Of a DNA stretch of 49,903 bases, positions 44,844 to 49,903 are shown piece by piece. This DNA comes from an uncultured Candidatus Saccharibacteria bacterium (lineage in GTDB: Bacteria > Patescibacteriota > Minisyncoccia > JACQLN01). How positions within the stretch are numbered: the stretch's first letter is position 1; each line of letters opens with the position of its first letter. The stretch covers positions 1 through 49,903 of the forward strand of contig CAYIPG010000003.1 in the NCBI GenBank assembly GCA_964365305.1, written 5' to 3'. The translations under genes and the position numbers were made by a program. The notes under the pieces are model-generated. The model did no database searches and had not been told where the DNA came from. It saw only the letters and a list, made by a program, of their open reading frames with translations.

Positions 44844-45602
44844 TTATCTTATATACAAAGTAATTCTACCCTCGGCTCTTTGATTGATATCGTTCCTTAA
44901 TTTTTTATGAGTGGCCAGTAGTTTTAAGTTGGTCTGCGTGCCCAAACGGGTTCGTGGTGTTATATTTATCGGCAAAACCATCGGGTCGGCGCTGGTGTTT
45001 TCTTGCGGTTGACCGTCTAAAAACCATTTCAAATCCAAATCATTTTCATTCAAAGCGTTGAAACTAAATATCTTAGCCATTAAAGCGCTGTCCTGGCCGG
45101 GCGGCGTGTCCCACAGAGTAGGCGCGGGATTATTGTAATTATCATTATTTTTTAGATAAAAATCTATTTCCGGCCGAACCGTATTTATTTTTAGAGCCGC
45201 CGAGGCGCTTTTGCCGGTGGCTTCATCGGTGGCGGTGACTCGCAGTTCGTGGGTGAATTCCGGAATTTGATAAGTTATTAGCAAAAACGAATCTTTGCCT
45301 TTACCGGTCTGATCCGGCCCTTCGCGGTTGCTGGAAGCGTCGTCCACTATCCAGGTGTAAGTTAAATTTTGGGGATTAGGCACATTAGCCAAGGCGTAAA
45401 TTGTCACCCCCGAGAGTGTGCTGGGCAAGGCCTTGCCTGGATAATCATAGGGCGTTAGGGTATTGGCTTTCCATACTAAATCCAACTGAAAATCACCGCC
45501 GGCTGATATGGTTGTACTTTGCGCCAGAGACGCGCACGGCGCCGCCAGCAAGGCGACGGAAATAGCGAGAGGTATAAATATTTTTCTTGTTATAATTCTC
45601 AT
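44844..45602 (-). CDS. Secreted Ig/PKD-like hypothetical protein
   Basis: Signal peptide; two beta-rich domains (LTYTWIVD, LKWFLDG). Confidence 0.65.
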   Translation of the reverse strand: MRIITRKIFIPLAISVALLAAPCASLAQSTTISAGGDFQLDLVWKANTLTPYDYPGKALPSTLSGVTIYALANVPNPQNLTYTWIVDDASSNREGPDQTGKGKDSFLLITYQIPEFTHELRVTATDEATGKSASAALKINTVRPEIDFYLKNNDNYNNPAPTLWDTPPGQDSALMAKIFSFNALNENDLDLKWFLDGQPQENTSADPMVLPINITPRTRLGTQTNLKLLATHKKLRNDINQRAEGRITLYIR

Positions 45603-45630
45603 TTTGTTTCTTTACCAACCCAAGCCTGGC

Positions 45631-46050
45631 TTAGGCGATTTTGGGTTTGCCTTGGGCGAATGACTCTATAAAACTTAAAACCTTATCTACTTGTTCGTAC
45701 TCTTTTAAGTGGGCTCTGACCACAAAAATGGCGTTTTGGGGTATCAAGTTTATAAAAGGAATAAATTCTAATATCATGGTAAAAATATATTTTCTATAAA
45801 TCCATTTTTGCACATAACCTATTTTTTTCCTCATGTATAAAAACATAATCGGGGTTATTATAATGTTGGCAATTACTCCCAAAATAATTCCGCCATCCAA
45901 CCAATCAATTATATCTTTGGTCAGCGCCAACAGAAAAATTAAAAAAGGAAAATCAGGCGATTCCGGTTTTTCAATTCTGGCTTGTTCAACATCTTCTTCT
46001 TCTACACCCTCCAATTTTAAGTTTTCCAGTTCTTCATTATAGTTGGCCAT
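45631..46050 (-). CDS. Hypothetical membrane protein
   Basis: Hydrophobic segments, EFIPFINLIP; coupled to the VirB4 gene. Confidence 0.65.
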   Translation of the reverse strand: MANYNEELENLKLEGVEEEDVEQARIEKPESPDFPFLIFLLALTKDIIDWLDGGIILGVIANIIITPIMFLYMRKKIGYVQKWIYRKYIFTMILEFIPFINLIPQNAIFVVRAHLKEYEQVDKVLSFIESFAQGKPKIA

Positions 46051-47849
46051 TATTGCTGTTGCGCCAATTCTTTTTTAGCCGCTTCTATTTCTAACAACTG
46101 CGCCGGATCAGAAGTAATAACTTGATCTTCGGTGTATGACGCCACCACTTTTATGGCCGCTCGTTTTAAGCCGGCGATAAAAATACCCTCGCCCACATTG
46201 GACTCCAACAGCAAAAATTTTTCTTCATCGGTTAAATTAAATGTCTGCGTTACCACATCTATAGCCGCCGGCGACTGCTTTAGCAGAATTTGCATGGAGG
46301 AGTTGGTGACAATCGGTTTGCCGTATTGCGACTTCATAAAATCCTCCACATCTTGGGTAATAGTGGTTAAGCCCAAATAGTATTTACGGCACCTTTTGGC
46401 GATGCTGAACAAAAAAGCCGCCGCTTCGGGATGTTGCATCATCCACCAGGCCTCGTCCACCACCATTATTCGTTTTTTCTGTTGATAGCGGATTAAATTC
46501 CACACAAAATGCAGCAAAATATACATGGCAATGGGGCGGAGTTCCGGTTCCAGATCTCTTATGGAAAACACCACCAGGTTATTGTTTAGCGCCACATTGG
46601 TGGGCTGGTTTAAAAAGCCCGAAAAAGAACCTTTCACAAATTTTTCCAGCCGCACCGCCAGTTTTTCGGCGCCCTGCATGTTTTGCAGCACGGTGTAAAG
46701 ATCGCCCATCAATGGCGCGGGCTTGCCTCTCCAATCGGTGTTGATGGTGATGTCGCGCGAGGCGTAGGTTTCGGTAACGGCGCGATCCATGATGGCGTCT
46801 TCCTCGGGCGTTAACTGCCCCAGCATCACTTTTAACAAACCAGTTAGTTGAATGATATTGCTTTTTAACGATTCGGCCGGGCTTTCGTTTTTAGTCGGTT
46901 CGGTCAGATCAAAAGGATTAATATGGTGAGGCGAAGTTAGAGAAATGTTTATAAAAGTTCCGCCCACCACATCATTTAGATATTTATATTCGCTTTCAGG
47001 ATCAATAATAATCACATCCGTGCCCAACATTAGCGATCGCAACACTTCCAGTTTCACGGTGTAGCTTTTGCCCGAACCGGATTTAGCAAAAACCACCGAG
47101 TTGGCATTTTCCAAAGAAAAACGGTCAAATAAAATCAAACTATTATTATGGCGGTTGATGCCGTAGAGCACGCCTTTGTTGGATGTTAAATCGGCCGAAA
47201 CAAAAGGAAACATAGAAGAAATCGGGCCGGTGTTTAAGCTGGTGTAGACGCCCAATTTATCCAGGTTTATGGGCAGAGTGGTGGCAAAGCCCTTTTCTTG
47301 CTGAAAAACAGCCGTTTTGGTGTACACTAATTTAGATTCCATGAGCGTGGTGATTTGTTTTTCTATTTCATCCAGTTCTTGCAATGATTTGCCGTAGAAA
47401 GTTATATAGAGTCCGACTCTAAAAAATTTCTCGGTGCCTTGTTGGAGTTTATCCCGCAGTGATTCTAAATCCTGATAGGCCGTTTCCAGCATGGGATCAC
47501 GAATAAAGCCGCCTTCTTCTTTTTCGGAGATTTGGGCGCCGATTTGCGCCGTTTTCTTGCCAAGTTTTTTTAGCACCGGGCCGGTTTGGGTGGGCTGAAC
47601 CACCATGGCAATATCAAAAATCTTATCCATATTTATTATCGGAGAAAACCAGCTCACGCTTAAAAATCTGGGATAAGTGGCCACAAAAATAGTTCGGGCA
47701 AATTTTTCGCCTATTTGAAGATAAGTCGGATTTATTTGCATCGCCGAGGGCGCCAAAAGATCTTGTAATCCTTGACCCTCGGCTTTAATTTGCGCCGTTC
47801 CTGGTTTAGTTGGCGCCAACTTGGATTTTAGGTCTTGTAATATGCTCAT
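46050..47849 (-). CDS. VirB4-like ATPase
   Basis: FAKSGSGKS Walker A, IIDPESEY, INPFD, VVDEAW, RKY...TQD. Confidence 0.92.
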   Translation of the reverse strand: MSILQDLKSKLAPTKPGTAQIKAEGQGLQDLLAPSAMQINPTYLQIGEKFARTIFVATYPRFLSVSWFSPIINMDKIFDIAMVVQPTQTGPVLKKLGKKTAQIGAQISEKEEGGFIRDPMLETAYQDLESLRDKLQQGTEKFFRVGLYITFYGKSLQELDEIEKQITTLMESKLVYTKTAVFQQEKGFATTLPINLDKLGVYTSLNTGPISSMFPFVSADLTSNKGVLYGINRHNNSLILFDRFSLENANSVVFAKSGSGKSYTVKLEVLRSLMLGTDVIIIDPESEYKYLNDVVGGTFINISLTSPHHINPFDLTEPTKNESPAESLKSNIIQLTGLLKVMLGQLTPEEDAIMDRAVTETYASRDITINTDWRGKPAPLMGDLYTVLQNMQGAEKLAVRLEKFVKGSFSGFLNQPTNVALNNNLVVFSIRDLEPELRPIAMYILLHFVWNLIRYQQKKRIMVVDEAWWMMQHPEAAAFLFSIAKRCRKYYLGLTTITQDVEDFMKSQYGKPIVTNSSMQILLKQSPAAIDVVTQTFNLTDEEKFLLLESNVGEGIFIAGLKRAAIKVVASYTEDQVITSDPAQLLEIEAAKKELAQQQ

Positions 47850-47854
47850 AAATG

Positions 47855-47946
47855 CGATGCTAATCTACGAATTCATACGAATTATACTAATTTAATATTC
47901 GAATATCTTATTTGTTTCATTCGCATAAATTTGTATATTGGCGTCG
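47855..47946. repeat. GxxExxY-type inverted-repeat element
   Basis: CGATGCTAATCTACGAATTCATACGAATTATACTAAT...TTTCATTCGCATAAATTTGTATATTGGCGTCG. Confidence 0.9.
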
Positions 47947-47948
47947 TG

Positions 47949-48620
47949 TCATTCAACTTTTTTGGCTTCGTCTCCGGTGGCGATTAGTTGTTCCAGATTT
48001 TTTTGTTTTAATACCACTCCGGGGTTATAACTGGTGTAGAGCAGTTCTATCAGTTCTTCTCGTTCCAACAGAATGGTTTTAAGTCCCAGAGCGCCCAAAA
48101 GCGTCTGCACCTGGTTGACTCTTTGCAGTAATTGATTTTTTTTGGCTTCAAAATCCAAGTCCCGTTGGTTTGTTTGATCAGCCGATGATTTAGAAAAAAG
48201 TTTTCCAAAAAAACCACCGCCGCTTGTTAGATCTATCATAGCAACGCCCAACGGCACCACCACATAAAAATACTTGGACATGATGTTGGAAAGTTTAATC
48301 AGTTCTTCTATAAAGCCGGCGTATTCGCTGGTTTGTATTTTTAGGAGTTCGTTGGTTTGTTTTTCGGCTTGATCTTTCAGGAAAGATATATATTCGGAAA
48401 TATCCAATTGCCGCGATTGCATGACAATCTGCGCGGTATAATCCAGCGAATTTATAAAATCCTGAAAACGGTTTATAACGGCCTGCTGTTCGTCTTCCGA
48501 TTTTAAGGCGAAATTAATGGAAGACACCATTAAAACCATTCTTAAACTACCGCCTTTTAACACGGCGATATTTTCTTTGATGTCCTGAATATCTATTAAT
48601 TGATGGGTTGATCCTTCCAT
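47949..48620 (-). CDS. VirB4-associated conserved protein
   Basis: SINFALKSEDEQ, QIVMQSRQLDI, YFYVVVP; lies between prgI-like and virB4-like genes. Confidence 0.75.
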   Translation of the reverse strand: MEGSTHQLIDIQDIKENIAVLKGGSLRMVLMVSSINFALKSEDEQQAVINRFQDFINSLDYTAQIVMQSRQLDISEYISFLKDQAEKQTNELLKIQTSEYAGFIEELIKLSNIMSKYFYVVVPLGVAMIDLTSGGGFFGKLFSKSSADQTNQRDLDFEAKKNQLLQRVNQVQTLLGALGLKTILLEREELIELLYTSYNPGVVLKQKNLEQLIATGDEAKKVE

Positions 48621-48626
48621 ATAACA

Positions 48627-48718
48627 CGATGCTAATATACGAATTTGTACGAATGATACGAATAATTTATTCGAACTTTAATTAGTATCATTCGCATGTC
48701 ATTTGTTGATTGGCATCG
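48627..48718. repeat. GxxExxY-type inverted-repeat element
   Basis: CGATGCTAATATACGAATTTGTACGAATGATACGAAT...ATTAGTATCATTCGCATGTCATTTGTTGATTGGCATCG. Confidence 0.9.
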
Positions 48719-48721
48719 CAC

Positions 48722-49000
48722 TTACTTTTTCTTCCACAAATACAATTGCGGTCTCATGGCAAAGCCGATCATATTCACGATATATTTGGGCGCGGGTGTA
48801 TCTTTTATTTTTCCAAAAGCCAAAAACAGGGTTAGAGTTAATACCGGCACTGAAACCATTATAGCGAACGCTGTGGTTAAGAGCGAGAAAGAAATAAAAG
48901 CGATCACTCCGCCCGCGGCTACATAACCGAACTGTTTCAATGTTAACGGGCCGACTATTTTATCTTCGCTCTCTATGAATTGTGGAACTTGGAATTGCAT
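48722..49000 (-). CDS. PrgI family protein
   Basis: MQFQVPQFIESEDKIVGPLTLKQF plus 2 TM. Confidence 0.9.
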   Translation of the reverse strand: MQFQVPQFIESEDKIVGPLTLKQFGYVAAGGVIAFISFSLLTTAFAIMVSVPVLTLTLFLAFGKIKDTPAPKYIVNMIGFAMRPQLYLWKKK

Positions 49001-49002
49001 AG

Positions 49003-49197
49003 ACGATGCTAATTTACGAATTTATGCGAATAATACGAATGGGTTTCAAATATTTATTTCTGAAATTTACCAATAAACCAAGTTTCATATCCGTATCCTA
49101 AAAAGTATACCAGTTATTTTGTAGGAAAGTTCTTTGTGAATTATTTTATTCGTATCTTTATTTGTTTCATTCGTATTCATTTGTATATTAGCATCGT
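49003..49197 (-). mobile_element. Long copy of the inverted-repeat element containing an internally deleted GxxExxY nuclease gene (49180-49014)
   Basis: Minus strand reads MNTNETNKDTNKIIHKELSYKITGILF, then in another frame TDMKLGLLVNFRNKYLKPIRIIRINS*; these match the N- and C-termini of GxxExxY proteins; start and stop codons lie inside the IR arms. Confidence 0.75.
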
Positions 49198-49205
49198 GTT
49201 TATGT

Positions 49206-49903
49206 TTATGCGCTAAAAAATCCATTATAACCATTTTTTTTCTTGGTATTTCTTAAATCAACCACATTTTTATTGGGAATATGCCAATTGGCCGGACGAG
49301 CGGGGGGCGGGCTTTGATTCTGGGGCGGCGATATTGGCCGGGGCGCTTGATACGAATCGTTTCTAGGGCGATTGTTTTCCTGGGCTTTCAATTTCTCCAG
49401 CAATTCCCTTCTCTTTCTTTCAGCATCATTGTTTTGAGTATTGGAAATTGCCGGCCCACCGTAATCTTGATGAAGGCGGGGGGTTTGATTGGTGTTTGGT
49501 ACTTGGTAATTTGTATTTTGTTTTGCGGCATTTTGATTCGCATTTATATTCGTATCATTCGCGCTCATTCGTTGATTGGCATCGTGTTTAAGTCCGTGCA
49601 CCTGCATCAAACTTTCTTTGACCGGCTGAAAAATCGCTTGGTTAATATCTTGAGCAATCATTTGCGCCGTTTGCAAATCAATCTTTAGTTCATTTCGCAA
49701 AGACAAAATAAAATTATTTATTGGTAACTCGCCCAGAAATATCAACCCGATTATTCGGGCGGTTGCGCTGATACTGGCTTCTGGTAGATGATATTCCTCT
49801 TTGATCAAATTCCAAATACTTCCGGCGGTCTCTTCAGCCAACATGGACTCTTGCAAGTCCGCCGGCAGTTGATAGAAAACGGTAAATCTCCGCCGCACCA
49901 GCG
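49206..49903 (-). CDS. Hypothetical protein (5' end beyond the window) with a repeat-derived low-complexity linker
   Basis: Helical domain (IAQDINQAIFQPVKESL), then HDANQRMSANDTN and other repeat-encoded peptides; NVVDLR tail. Confidence 0.7.
   Translation of the reverse strand, partial: LVRRRFTVFYQLPADLQESMLAEETAGSIWNLIKEEYHLPEASISATARIIGLIFLGELPINNFILSLRNELKIDLQTAQMIAQDINQAIFQPVKESLMQVHGLKHDANQRMSANDTNINANQNAAKQNTNYQVPNTNQTPRLHQDYGGPAISNTQNNDAERKRRELLEKLKAQENNRPRNDSYQAPRPISPPQNQSPPPARPANWHIPNKNVVDLRNTKKKNGYNGFFSA
49547..49586. repeat. GxxExxY-type repeat, single arm, in frame in the CDS
   Basis: TATTCGTATCATTCGCGCTCATTCGTTGATTGGCATCGTG, encoding HDANQRMSANDTN. Confidence 0.85.

Noticed and set aside
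46050-49000. VirB4/PrgI cluster as an ICE or conjugative plasmid
   Set aside because: No integrase, relaxase or att sites seen; contiguous with the oriC housekeeping block.
37815-49586. Repeat family as a CRISPR array or integron attC sites
   Set aside because: Copies are dispersed and inverted, not direct repeats with spacers; no cas or intI gene; no RYYYAAC/GTTRRRY ends; flanked genes are core genes.

Overview
Chromosomal fragment of a Patescibacteria/CPR bacterium, probably Parcubacteria-like (inferred from gene content). It spans the dnaA-dnaN / rpmH-rnpA-yidD-yidC-jag origin region. It also carries repair and recombination genes (uvrB, ruvA, ruvB, ruvC, polA, mutM, family-4 UDG), cell-wall genes (murE, FemAB, PBP1A), tyrS, rpsT, holA, tsaE, a PilB/GspE ATPase and part of a PrgI/VirB4/pilin cluster. 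Accessory content: three type II TA pairs, a type IIG R-M gene followed by a DUF3800 gene with a convergent small RNA, and a 2.1-kb island bounded by a duplicated uvrB 3' end. That island holds a rearranged DGR (truncated RT and Avd joined head-to-head, an intact target gene, no template repeat seen). Three signals stand out. (1) A family of nine ~40-bp inverted-repeat elements (CGATGCTAAT...ATTGGCATCG) fills intergenic gaps or sits in-frame inside proteins. One copy still encodes the N- and C-termini of an internally deleted GxxExxY PD-(D/E)XK nuclease gene, suggesting a GxxExxY-associated mobile repeat system. (2) An intact tRNA-Arg(CCG) is nested, within an inverted-repeat insert, in the D-loop of a second, different tRNA-Arg(CCG). 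(3) There are several promoter-driven structured ncRNA candidates, one of them 6S-like. All calls come from reading the sequence; no searches were run.
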